DNA of 64,000 bases, taken from positions 4,322,759 through 4,386,758 of the forward strand of contig MU061814.1 of assembly GCA_013265495.1 (NCBI GenBank), in the 5' to 3' direction. Of this stretch, positions 24,211 to 36,059 are shown piece after piece. The translations under genes and the position numbers were made by a program. The notes beneath the pieces were generated by a model, which worked only from the letters and a program-made list of their open reading frames with translations, was not told the DNA's origin and did no database searches. Each line of letters begins with the position of its first letter. The first letter of the stretch is position 1. Origin of the DNA: Vicugna vicugna. Lineage: Eukaryota.

Positions 24211-25329
24211 ACTGAGAGCCCGAATACCAAGAATCAGAGTCTCCGCAACCCTTTCTGCAATTGTTCGTCTTTCCTTGCAGTCTCAAGTGTCTGATTCCAA
24301 GTTAGCAGTGGATTTTGAGTTTCTTCAAGTGCTATCCTTCGTAAATCCAACCTCTCAGCCTTTCAGAGTGCAGTGATCAGATCGTGTGGAAGGAAGATGT
24401 CCTTTTAAAATGAAAAGGGAAAGCCGGTTTTCTCTACAGTCTTTTCTTGGTGAATGTGTGTCACCTCTTCCTCTTGGCATTTTCAGCCCCTCATCCTCCA
24501 CCCTACACTCTCCTGCTGTGCAGACAACCGGATCCTCCCCGGGCTCTAGAAAGGCCTCAGTCTCGGCTCTCCCAGCCCCTGCCCTTGGGTTCAGAGAATG
24601 GGGCAGACGGCTGAGATCCCTGCCCAGCCGGCGGCCTCTGGCTCCCCTCGCCCAGTGAAGGGGCCACGTGTGAGTACTATACGTGAATACAGTTCAGTTG
24701 AATTGTAAATTTTACTTCGTTTTACACAGATGGAGTCAATGGCATTGGAACACAACAGGAAACTCGGTGTAAATGAGCACACACAATTACAGAGACGGCT
24801 AGGCAATCGTGCCCCCGGGCGCGGCAGGGCCGCCACTGGACTCTGAGACACAAGCCGCCCGAGTCCTCACTTTGCTCTAACCTCAGAAAAGCAGTCGAAC
24901 CACAGACGATACTTGGGTTTCCCACTGCAGTGTAAACGCTGGCTGGGCTGGAGGCCCGTGTCCTCTGCTGATAGGAAGCCTTCCGTGATTCAGATGAGCC
25001 TGGGGGGTAAGAGGCCAACGCCAGCTGTGTGGTTGGAAAACCAGGACTCAGTTTTCTGTTGCGTGTGAGTGGGGTTTAAACCCCCTGCCCGCCTCTGCCG
25101 TGCTGTTACTGACGTTCAGGGCAGCCGGCAGCGAGGTTTTGCAGAGTCTGTTGCTGCGGTTGTGCAGGACACAGGGCCGGTCTCTCCTGATGTGGGGACG
25201 CTTCCAGGGAGGAGGATCTGCTGAAAATCCATGTGGACTGTGTTTTGGGCCCTGTGGTCTCAACTGGATTCCCTGAAGGTAGAGCTTGAGACAGAGACCG
25301 AGGTGCAGATAGTTTATTTAAAGGTGATG

Positions 25330-26760
25330 TCTACTGGTTTCTGTATGTTGATTTTTTATCCTTCCACTTTACTGAATTATTAATTATTAACTAATTAATT
25401 CCCCCCCTTGAACATGACCTTAGCTGTGGGCTTGTCATAGACGGTCTTTTTATGCCAATAGAGTTTGCTTCTATGGCTATTTTGGGGGGGAATTTTTATC
25501 ATGAAAGGATCTTGAACTTTGTCAAATGCTTTCACCAAATCTCCTAATATAATCATGAAATTCCTTGCCCTTTTCTCTGCTAATGTGGTGCATCACATTA
25601 CGCTTGTATGTTGAACCATCCTTGCATCCCAGGGATAAATCCCACTTGGCCACAAATGGATACCCTTTTAATGGACTGTTGCATTTAGTTTGCTAGTATT
25701 TTGTTGAGGACTTTTGCACATGTTCATCAGGGATATTGCCTGATGAAAATAATTTTCTTGTGCCTTTTTCTGGCTTTAGTATCAGGGTATGCTGGCCTCA
25801 TAAAATGAGTTTGGAAGTGTTCTGCCCTCTTTAATTTTTTTGGAAAAATTTGAAGATTGGTATTAATTTGTCTTTAAATGTAGAATTCACCAGTGAAGCT
25901 ATCTGCTCCTGGAAACTTCTTTTTTGGGAGGGTTTTGATGACTGATTCAATCTCCTAAGTCACTATTGGTCTGTTCAGACTTTGTCTCCCTGGTTCAGTC
26001 TTGGTAGGTTTTCTGTTCCTAGGAATTCACACATTTCTTCTAAATTGTCTAATTAGGCGGTGTGCAACTTTCCATAGCTGTCTCTTACGGCCCTTCGAAT
26101 TTCTGTAGAATCTTTGTAATCTCTTTCATTTCCGATTTTATTTGATTTCTCTTTTTTCTAAAGCAGGCTAAAGTTTTATCAATTTTGTTTGTCTTCCCAA
26201 AAGAACAACTCTTAGTTTCTCTTATTTTTGTTTTTTTAAGTCTCTATTTCGTTTATTTCTGCTCTACTCTTTGCTGTAGACTTCCGTTTGCTCACTTTAG
26301 GATTAGTTTTGATTTCTTCTGTTTCCTAGTTCCTGGAGGCATAAAACCAGGCTGTTGTTTTTGTTTTTTGTTTTGTTTTGCCTTTTTTTTTTTTTGAGAG
26401 CTTTCTTCTTTTTTCATGCAGGCATTTGCCACTATAAATTTCCCTCTTAGTACTGCTTTTGCTGCATCCCATAAATTTTGCTATGTTGTGTTTTCGTTTT
26501 CATTTGTCCCAAGACAGTTTCTAAAATCCCTTTTAATTTCTTCTTTGACCCACTGATGCTCAAGAGTGTGCTGTTCAACTTCTACCTATTTGTGAAGTTT
26601 CCAGTTTTCCTTCTGCTATTTATTTCTAGTTTCATTCAGTTTTGATCAGAAAAGATACTTGATATGACCTCAGTCTCAAATTTGTGAAGATGTGTTTTGT
26701 GACCTAATGTGTGGTCTCTCTTGGAGACTATTCCATGTGTGCTTGAGAAGAATGTGTGCG
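25330..26760 (-). mobile_element. LINE-1 ORF2 (endonuclease to RT region), antisense, decayed
   Basis: gttgaaccatccttgcatcccagggataaatcccacttg; gctagtattttgttgaggacttttgca; tcataaaatgagtttggaagtgtt; ccactataaatttccctcttagtactgcttttgctgcatcccataaattttg. Confidence 0.93.
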
Positions 26761-26761
26761 C

Positions 26762-27150
26762 AGTATTCACTGCAGCACGATAACCAAGAGGTGGATGCAG
26801 TCTGTCCATTGACCAAAAATGTGGTGCATACAAACAATGGAATGTTATTCAGCCTTAGACAGAGAAGGAAAAGTACCTTATACAACAGCACAGATGTGCC
26901 GAGTGCAGCAGGCCGGCATACAAAGGCAAGTACCACACGATTCCCTCACGTGAGTTGTCGGAAATAGTCAAACTTACAGGAATAGACAGTAGAATCGTGG
27001 TTTCCAGGGGCTGGGGGAGGGGGAAATGGGAAGTTACTGTTCAACAGGTGTGGAGTTTGAACTAATTCCCTGTGATGCCCATAGTTACCAATACTGCACT
27101 TAAAAATTTGAATAGAAAGTAGATCCCACATTAACTGTCCTTACTACTAT
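26762..27150 (+). mobile_element. LINE-1 3' end (L1MA/MB-like), sense
   Basis: aaaatgtggtgcatacaaacaatggaatgttattcagcctta...gacagtagaatcgtggtttccaggggctgggggagggggaaatgggaag...; A-rich end. Confidence 0.85.
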
Positions 27151-28771
27151 AAAAAAGTGAAAGAATGAGTGAATGAATGAATTTGCATTCATAACAAATA
27201 GAGACGATCTCAGGAGCAGGGAGGCCGGGAAGCTGGAGGGTGTGTTGCTGAGCCGGTTTCTGGCGGGGCACCTGGGCTCCCCCCTGTTCACTACTAAGTG
27301 ACACATTTGATCCATACAGTTGGACCACTCTGAGGACTTGAGACATTGACTTGACAAAGGATGGGAAAGGGGACATTATTCACCAGCTCCCACCCACCAC
27401 AGGTTGCCCCCAGGGAGTGAGCTGTACCCCCACCTCCCCCTACACACACACTTGGGTTTAGCCAGGCAGGGCTGAGGGTTCCTTGGAGGTGGAAGAAGAT
27501 GCTGCTGGAGCCTGAGCTGGGCAGCTGCCTCCTGGCTGTTCTGTGCACGTCAGGGATGTGACCCAGCCAGAGTGACACACTTCAGTGTACAGCCCGCCCT
27601 GGGGTGACCCCATACCCTGGTCAGGATTCTAAAGGTGGCTCGGCTGTTTCAGGGTCTGGGACTGCAGTTGGCAAGTGCCATGTCCCAAATGCTATTTGCA
27701 AGGTGAGCTTGTAGAGCAAAGCCACTGGGGACAGAGGATCCTGCAGCTGCTTGTTTGACAAACCACCTCCACGGAGTCACATTTGGGAGGTTTGTTCCTT
27801 CCTCAGCTGTGCCTCTGGACTATCAGAGACCAAGCCTCTCAGAGGCCAGACCCCTACCCAATGCGGGAACGACTCCGCATGGGCTCATGCCAGGGTCACG
27901 TGTCTGGCCTCCAAAGTCAGGGGAGCCAGGGAGTTTTCAAATGATAGAAACACATCCCTGACTTGGCTCCCACAGTTGCCATCTTAGAGATGCTTTACCC
28001 TCCATTTTCCCCAGCATAATTTCCTCTCGAGGCACCACGTCTATGCGGGGAGCAACAACAGGCAACTGATGCTCCCTAGCTCCTTGGCCTCTGCTCCAGA
28101 CCTAACTCGCACAGCCACCTGCGTCTCCGGGGAACCCTCCAGCCTCACCCAGGGCTGCTCTGTCTTTAGGAAAACACCAGGGCAGAGTCTCAAGGAGGGA
28201 CATGTAACTTGCATTTAGTCTCTTGAAATGCATTGTCTCACTTTTTTTTTTTTTTTTGGTCTTTCCCCTCCTCCTCACCGTCTCCTTTTGGGGTTGGAGA
28301 AAAATGAGTTGAGATACACGATTCCTATCTTGCTTTTCCTCTGCAAACAAGAGTGTGAGCAGAATAAGGCATTCCATATGTGAAGGGAAGGCGTGAGAGG
28401 GCTTGCGTGCTGAGCTGAGGCCGCCTGGGAATGGCTACTTCCTTGCAGCTGCATGAGAGAAGCAAACCTCATTAGGGACGTGCTTGGATTTTCAGGGTCC
28501 AAGTTCTGTGATTACAGCTGAATCGACTAGATGCTGGGCTAACTCAGCTGCCTCGGACAGGCTGTTCCCTGCAGGTACCAGGAAGAGCAGACGTTGCCTC
28601 CCTCCCCAACAATGTCAAAAGGCAGTAGGACAGCCTGTGAGCTCACCTGCATCACAGGCTCCTGGAGGTGGGAGTATGGTTCCTCCCTGTGTCCCCCCGT
28701 AAGCGGCTAAGTGAGCCGGCATTGGAGACAGCTGGGCTGGGTCTGAGTCTACCCTGCCTCTGAGCTGCGCA

Positions 28772-29250
28772 TGTTACAGTTAGCTATCGACTGCCGTGTA
28801 ACAAATCACCCATAACTTAGTGTCTCCAATCATCCGCCTCTAATGGTATCTTACAGTTTTGCAGGCCAGGAATCTTGTTCCTTGTAAAGTCAATGAAGCT
28901 CACTTGGAGCTGCTCAGCTGGTGGATAGGCTGGTCCAGAAGGTCCTGGGAAGCTTCACTCACAAGGTGGGCTTCACTCACAGCTGGAAGGCCCCCTGCAC
29001 ACGACCTCTCCAGCATGGTGGCCTCAGGGGTTAGACTTCCTACATGGAAACTCAGGATCCCAGAGAGTGTGTGTTCCAAGAAGTCCCCTGGGAGCTGCAA
29101 CGCTTCTTATGATGTAGTATCAGGGGACTCAGGGGTCAGTTCTGTCACATTTGGCCAAACGAGCCATGAAGGCCAGCCCAGACTCAGGGGAGGGGAGTTC
29201 AGCTTCACTTCTTGATGGAAAGAGTAACAAACACTTGGATGCCATCCTGT
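28772..29250 (-). mobile_element. MaLR LTR (MLT1I-K-like)
   Basis: tgttacagttagctat...gtaacaaatcaccc..aacttagtg...cttcactcaca...ctctccagcatggtggcctcagg...ggccagcccagactcagggga...cttcttgatggaa. Confidence 0.75.
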
Positions 29251-32200
29251 CTCTGAACAGGCAGAGCTGACACTTCGTTTACAAGCCCCGTTTCTTTCGG
29301 AGTAAATAAGGACAATGATGGGCCCAACTTCAGAAAACACACATGAGGATAAAATAAGACAGTGCACTTAGAACACTCGGCCTTTGGCCCGTGAATAGGG
29401 TCAGCAGGGAAGGCGGTTCAGGCTGGATGGAAGCTCCTGACCACTGGAGTCCCAGTGCCCACCAGCCATGCCAGCCTCTTCCAGCCACATCATCTCTCTG
29501 GCGCTTTCACAGTGCTCCTCTGGACACTGAATTTCAAGTGCAATAAATCGGTTCCTGGGTGGGAAGGGCCATGGGGCTCAGCGAAGACCGTAATCTCTTA
29601 AGAGCAATGAGGTATTGAGAACGTGCCTTCTCCACGAAAGAGATCATTGAAATCCCAAACAGAAGAAGGTGGTTGGCAAGTGCAGAGTGCTTCATGTTGC
29701 CAGCTCCCAAGTCTTGAGCACCTGAGTGGGAGAGCGTCAGGGCAACTTTGTTCATTGGCATCTACAAATCCCGGTTGTGGTCAGCGCTCAGCAGGACTCA
29801 GGAGACGACAGGTGTGACCAGCAGGGTCCAGCACAGGTGGCTCACCCAGGCCCGGAGCCACCCAGCGCACACTTTTCCATGTGCAGCCGCGGATCAGTCC
29901 TAGTCCACTTGCTGTGGTAGGGGTCTTGTTCTGGGGGATCAGTTCTGCAGTTTAGCTTCAGAGCTGGGTCACCTGTTGAGCAGAGCGGGGGACCATGTTT
30001 GTACTGCCCCCCACTTTCTTTCTTCTGGGCTCCTCATCTCCCACATAGAGCCCAGCAGCCTTGACCCTCCCCACTGCCCTACCTGGATAGGTGATACCCC
30101 TGCCACTCCTAGACCCCAGTCACATTCCCCTCCATCAAATCGGGTACTCACTGGCCCAACTCATGGGAGCCCCTTTATTAGAAAGGTATCAGAAATCAAG
30201 TCACAATAAGCTGCTCAAGGTGGAAACATTTGAAGTGGTTTCATGCCTCAGCCACCAGCGGGCACGCTCAGTCACCCGGGAACATGGAGAGCAGAGTCCC
30301 TGAGGCCCCAGCTTGATGTTTGCCAAACAGGAATCAATCTGCAGGCCTGGGCTGGGGTCCAAGCACCCATATTTTAAGACGCTTGTTAGGTGGTTGGAGA
30401 GCCCCTGCCTTATCCCAAAGATGTGAATTTTGCAGGGGTCGGGACTTGGAACAGGTGTCTGTCCAACTGCCTCTGCAGCCTCTACTCCATCAGTGCTTCG
30501 GCCATGGACCCAGAAGCAAAGGCAAAAGGAGGGCTTGTCTCCGGGGGGCAGGACGGCGTCTCTGGCCCTGCACTTAGCGGGCTGTGCCCAGTCCTCCAGT
30601 GCTCATCCCCCTGCACCCGAGCAGCATGAATGGGGGCTGTCATGCCCCCCAGGGAATCCAGCCAGCTCTCGACAGCCCTGGGACTTGCGTTCTGGAGAAG
30701 GCGGTCAGTAGTCATCCTCCCAGCGTTTGATAATAAAACCAGTGAACCATGACCTGAAAGGATCCGACCGGCGACTCTACAGGTGGAAGTTGCCTCCCCA
30801 CAGGACCCCGAGGGGCTGACGCCATCAGGACGCCCCACGGCTCGGAGAGGCCCGTCACTGTAAAGTCCACGTTCCGCTTCTGTCCCACCTTCCTGGTCTC
30901 TCTTGTGTTTTATTGCCCCTTGCTGTCTACTCGTATTTCCAACATCTCCCCCATTTTCTCCCTCCCCTTGAATCTCATGTCACCTGTTTTGCTGTTTAAT
31001 TGGCTTCCTCTCCTCCGACACTTGTTTTTATCATCCCCCTTGCCCTCCCTACCCAGCCCCCCACCTCCTGACCTTCCAAATCCCTTGTTGGTGCTTCAGG
31101 CTGAATCACCTCCTCTGGTCCTCCCGCCCTGGTGCTCACGGGAAGAGAGAAGAAAAACCGCTCGCAGTCCTTCCTCCCAGGCCGGGGGCAGCCTTGCGGG
31201 ACCCCTCCCATGCCCCCGGCTGTCCAGGAGGTGCTCCTCCTCTCCCAGTCATCCACTCATTCACTTATTCAGACATTTGCCCGCTCTGGGCTGCACCGTC
31301 CCAGTGCTGGGGAGAGAGCAGTGGGTCAGGGAGAGGTGCCTCAGCACCGCAGACATCAGAAAGCAAGAACCAGAGCGACAGGGCAAAAGGTCCCGGCTGA
31401 GCAGCGGTGGGTGGGCAGCCTTGCTGGGGGTCCCGCAGGGCCCCTCTGACCTGCAGCCTCCAGACTGAGCAGCAGTCAGCCCTGCGAGGACCTGGGGCAG
31501 AATGTTCCCAACAGCAAGTGCGGGACCTCGGAAGCAGGACCCAGCTCTGAGGAGCAAGGCCAGTGGAGGGGGCGTGGTTAGGACAGGGGCCAGGTGGCGC
31601 AGGTCCTTGTGGGCCACAGAGAGACCATTACTGAGGGTCCAACCCGAGGGCATGGAGCAGGGCTGGATGTGACGTCTCTGAGTCAAGGTTTCTAGAGGAC
31701 CCTGCGGGGCCTGGTCTGCAGAGAGGCGGGGAGGCTGGAGAGGAGAGGCCGCTGCAGGGATCCAGGTGGGAGACGAGAGTGGGGGGCGGTTCGATCCCCA
31801 GCTGGAGGCCAGTGGGCGGACTTGGGATCTGCTCTCGGGGAAGGATCAACAGCAGCAGAGAAAGTAAAAGGGAACAAAACCGATTCTCTGCCCCCACCCG
31901 GAGGGCACAGGGGCACCAGGCCTCCAAGACACAGCCGGCACGGCTCCCCCATGCTGAGGGGTCCCAGGGGCGTGGAGGGGCGTGGGCAGTGCCATGGCCC
32001 TAGGAGTCGGGGCCCGCCCGTCCTGGGGACACGGGGGCTGTGACAGGGTGGGCGCCCCCCTCACCGACGTTTACTCGTCTTCACGCATCCGCTGAGGCCA
32101 CCGCGACCTCCTTTTCTCCTCCTGGTGAAAACCAGCCAAGGACAAGCCAGACACCGTGCGGGTCGTGAGCAGGTGCTGTCACTAGCTTCCTGTGACATGT

Positions 32201-34111
32201 ACTTCCTGCTCCCACCCTGGAGTCCCCCTTTCCTAACAGCAGACGGGAAACAAATAGCAAAAGAGGCACAGAGACCAGAGCCCCCCAGATCCTGAGACGA
32301 CCTGGGGTGCCCGCACCGTCCCAGTTTGGCTGTGTTGTTCTGACCCTTTTCCCTTCTGCTCTACAGAAGTTCCCAAAGGTCCAAAGTCCCTGCCCAACTC
32401 CTTCCAGGCCCAGAGGAGCAGCAGCACCTGGGCAACCAGATCCAGCACAGCCCAGGCCCTTCTCAAAACCCAGTAAAGCTGACCAACTCCCTAGGGCCAC
32501 TGGCACGGGCCAGGGTGTGGGTCTAGACTCGGGCAGCCCCGGGTCAAGGTCCCAGCCCTCCGCCTGCTCCAGGCCGTGGCTTCCTGCTCTGTCTGACGAG
32601 CGCATGAGGTCGCCCAGGTGCTCCTGTGCTGCTGGCTAGGGCCAGAGTGGTCCTCACTGCCTTATCCAGCTGGCCACTGGGGGCCGGACACGGGGCTACG
32701 TGGGGAGGGGTGGCTACACTGGGCGCCCACCCTCCAGGCCCTTAGAGGAGTATCAGGGGAGGCATACGGAAAACAGCTCCTCGACAGTGAGACAGTGTGA
32801 CAGTGGGAGGTGTGTACGAAGTCCTAGGCCAGCTGGAGCCAGCCCTGTGTCCCTGAAGAAAGGCCAGTGTGAGATAGAGAGGTCGCCTCCCACAGGAAAG
32901 CTGACTGACTGGCTCCCAACGGGGGCACACGTTTGTGCTCCTGGTGGGGCCAGAGGTCAAGTTCTCGGGGTGGGGCTGGGGCCGTGGGAGGGGGCAACTG
33001 AGCCTAAGCCTGGAAAAGGATGAAGATGCAGTGAGGGTGGGAAGGGACGTCTGCGCCTTCCCTCCTGGGGTGTCTGCCCCCGGAGCACGAAGCGGTCCCC
33101 TGGGTTGTGTCACACTGCCCAGTGCAGAAGCGCAGCCTGGCCAAGCGCCGGCCCGTGACCCGGACAGCCCCCCAAAGCCTCCAGGTCTGTCTCTGTCTGC
33201 AGAACGTGGGAAAGCCCACCTCCTGGGTGTGTGAGAACACACGAGGTGACAGTTCCCAGCCCCTCCACACAAATTATCAACAGACACTGAGGGAGAAGGA
33301 CGATGTTGGTGAGAACAAGACAGTAATGGCAGCGGCCGTCCCCCTTCCCCCAGGGCAGTCCGCTGGGCGAGTGTCGGCGGAGCTGAAGGCAGAGCCGCTC
33401 GTGCTGGCCTGTCTCTGTCGCTCGCGCGTTTTCCCCTTCAGACTGTTCTCGTGGGTTCCACGTGGGGAGGTTTGCTCGAGCGGGCGGCAGTCTGCACTCA
33501 TTTCTGTAGCATCTGAGCACCTTCAGTTGCCCACAAAGATTCTGCTTTATTCCAGGGACACACCTTTTGCTAACTTCTCCCTGCTTCCTGTATAAAGCAG
33601 CTTTTTGTCTAGCATTGAAGTGTCGAAAAAAAAATAATGATAAATAATGGAAAAACAAATTAACATCAGATGACAAGGCAGGGGAACGTGGCCCCAACGC
33701 AAGTGTTCGGTTAGCTTCCAAAGTGAACCCCTTGGTTCACACACGCCTCCCCAGCAGGTGGGAGGGAGCAGGCGCTCGCCCAGCACACGTCTGCGGGCCC
33801 GTCACAGTCACGGGGAGACAGTCACTGACATGCCACCCTCCCAGCTGAATTTTCTTAATCTCTCTTAGAAACAAAAGCAAGCTCTTCTCCTGGGCTCCTC
33901 AGCCAGCAGCCTGAGAGGACAGCTCCTCCTCCAGGTGGGCCGTCCCCCGCTGGGCTGGGCAGAGCAGGGCTGGCTGGAGCCCTGCCCCAGGGCAGCTGTG
34001 TCTCCAGCTCCCCAGCTCCCCAGGACACCCAGATTCAGCAGATCCAAGGGGGTCCAGGAAGCAGCATTTCTATGATGCTCCCAGGAGCTGCCCATGTTGG
34101 TTGGGAGAGGC

Positions 34112-34275
34112 CAGTGGTTCTCAAACATGAGCTTGCGTGAACAACAGCCCAAGAGGCTGTTAAAAGGCCAGGCCCCAGGCTCTGTTCCCCAAAGTGCCAA
34201 GTCAGCGGGTCCCGGGTGGAGCCCAGGAGTCTGCATCTTCACGAGCCTCAGAGGATTCTGCAGCAGCTCATCTGA
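34112..34275. mobile_element. MER5A hAT MITE
   Basis: cagtggttctcaaac...tgttaaaa...gggtggagcccaggagtctgcatctt. Confidence 0.7.
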
Positions 34276-36059
34276 GGACAGAGGTGGGGCGGGAGGAGGG
34301 TCCATTCATGTGCAGACTTCCATTTGGTAGGTCTTGGGGGTGGCCTGAGGTTCTGCAGTGTCAAGAAGCCCCCTCAGGGAGTCCGCGCTGCCGGCCTGAG
34401 GACTATCCTCTGGAATCTGCTGCCTCGTATTTCAGACCGTCTCCTCCTTCCTCCCAGTGTATCCTCACTGCCTCATTCACAGCAAGTCTGATAAACCAAT
34501 GCTCTCTGCTGGACTTGCATCAGTTACTGCAGTGTGTCTGAAAATGTGAGTTCCCAAAGACATCATATGCTGTGTACACCGGCTTCCTCCAGACGGTGAG
34601 GTCGGGAAATGCTCCCCAGGCCAGGGGCACAGGGCCCGGGTGGGAACACTGGTGCTGAAGTCCACTCCCCCTCCTGCCCTGGCGAGCGTTGGCGGTGATA
34701 ACAGACCCTGTCGTGGCATCAGGACGGCTCTGCCAGTTACTGCACACGAAGCTCCACCTTGTGCATCGCCCAAGGCTAGTGGTTGTCAGGAAAGCGCACC
34801 TGGTCTGCAAGTCACCTCGAGCTTCGGGAGCCTCAAGGCTCTGGGACACTCAGTGGTAGGAAGCGTGGTGCCGAGTCTCCTCCAGTCTTTGGGTCTCAGG
34901 ATGCCCCACTCAACACCATTTAAAACAATTCCATTTGGCATGCATGTTTGCACCGAGCAGTTTCAGGGAGGCTGGCAGAGCAGGTGCTGGGTGCTGGGAT
35001 CGCCCTCCTGGGAAACACTCCATATCACGCTCAGGCCTCTGGAGACAAGGGCGCGTTCCAGCCCCGGACATTTCAGGACAATAGCGAGGACCTGGGCTGG
35101 CCCCTCTTAGCTCCCTTGGCAGTGATGAAGTCCTCTGAGCAAGGGGAGAGTCTGAAGGGTCTCTGAGAGGTGTCAGCACACTGCTGAGGAATGGAGTCCC
35201 CAGCATGGGATCTGGGTGAATCTGGCCACGAAACCTCACTGGTGACACAGGATCTGTGCTGAGTCTGAACATAAAGATGGGCCAGGCACATTCAGCCACT
35301 TACAGGGTCACCCTGCTCCTCTCCCATCAGCCTGGGAATGGGCAATGCTCAGGCTGGGTGTGACAGGCCGGTACTGATCCAGTGTCCCCTTTAGTTGTCT
35401 CACAGTGACTGGGTGAAAAACCCAAAGTCGCCCCGTGATCTTGGATACATCACTTACCCTGCCCATCCTGAGTTCTCTAAAGTCTGATTTCCTGAAGTCC
35501 AAGGCAGCAGGCTGACCGGCGGGCTGCCCCGCCCCTGTGCAAGGGTTCTGGGTGGGATGGGTGGGGGCTGGGCCACAGCTTTCCTGCCCTCCTGCCCGAG
35601 CTGGCTCTGGCCTGGGCTCAGCGGTTCACTCAGTCTTCATCCCCTCCTTTGCAGCGTATCTCTTAAACCAGAACTAATGTATTCTGGACACAGAGCTCTC
35701 CAAACCAAGACAAAGAAAACCTGAAATATCTGAGCAAACACCACCACTTCTCTTTACATCTCCAAGCCAGACGAGAAGGAGCAGGAACAGCCACTCCCTT
35801 TCCAAGCTGTACGTATTTCTCACTTGATGATCCCTTAGAGAAGTGTCCCCCCAGTTCAGAAATCGCCCAAGCGGGGACATGGAGCCGCCCGCCTGCGGGC
35901 GACATTCCTGACAGCTCTTCACGGCGGGTGGGCGTCTCTGCCTTTCCCTTCCCGGGGCCTCTAATTTCCTTCTTGGCTTCTCAGGCCTAACACTGTATTT
36001 TGATGCACAGATCAGCATTAGCCCCTTCCCGGTCCTTAAGGGCGTATCACAGCCCGGGG

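Noticed and set aside
31341-31361. Partial REST/RE1-like matches here and at ~50513
   Set aside because: Mismatches fall in key positions of the GGACAG or CAGCACC halves; not distinguishable from chance.
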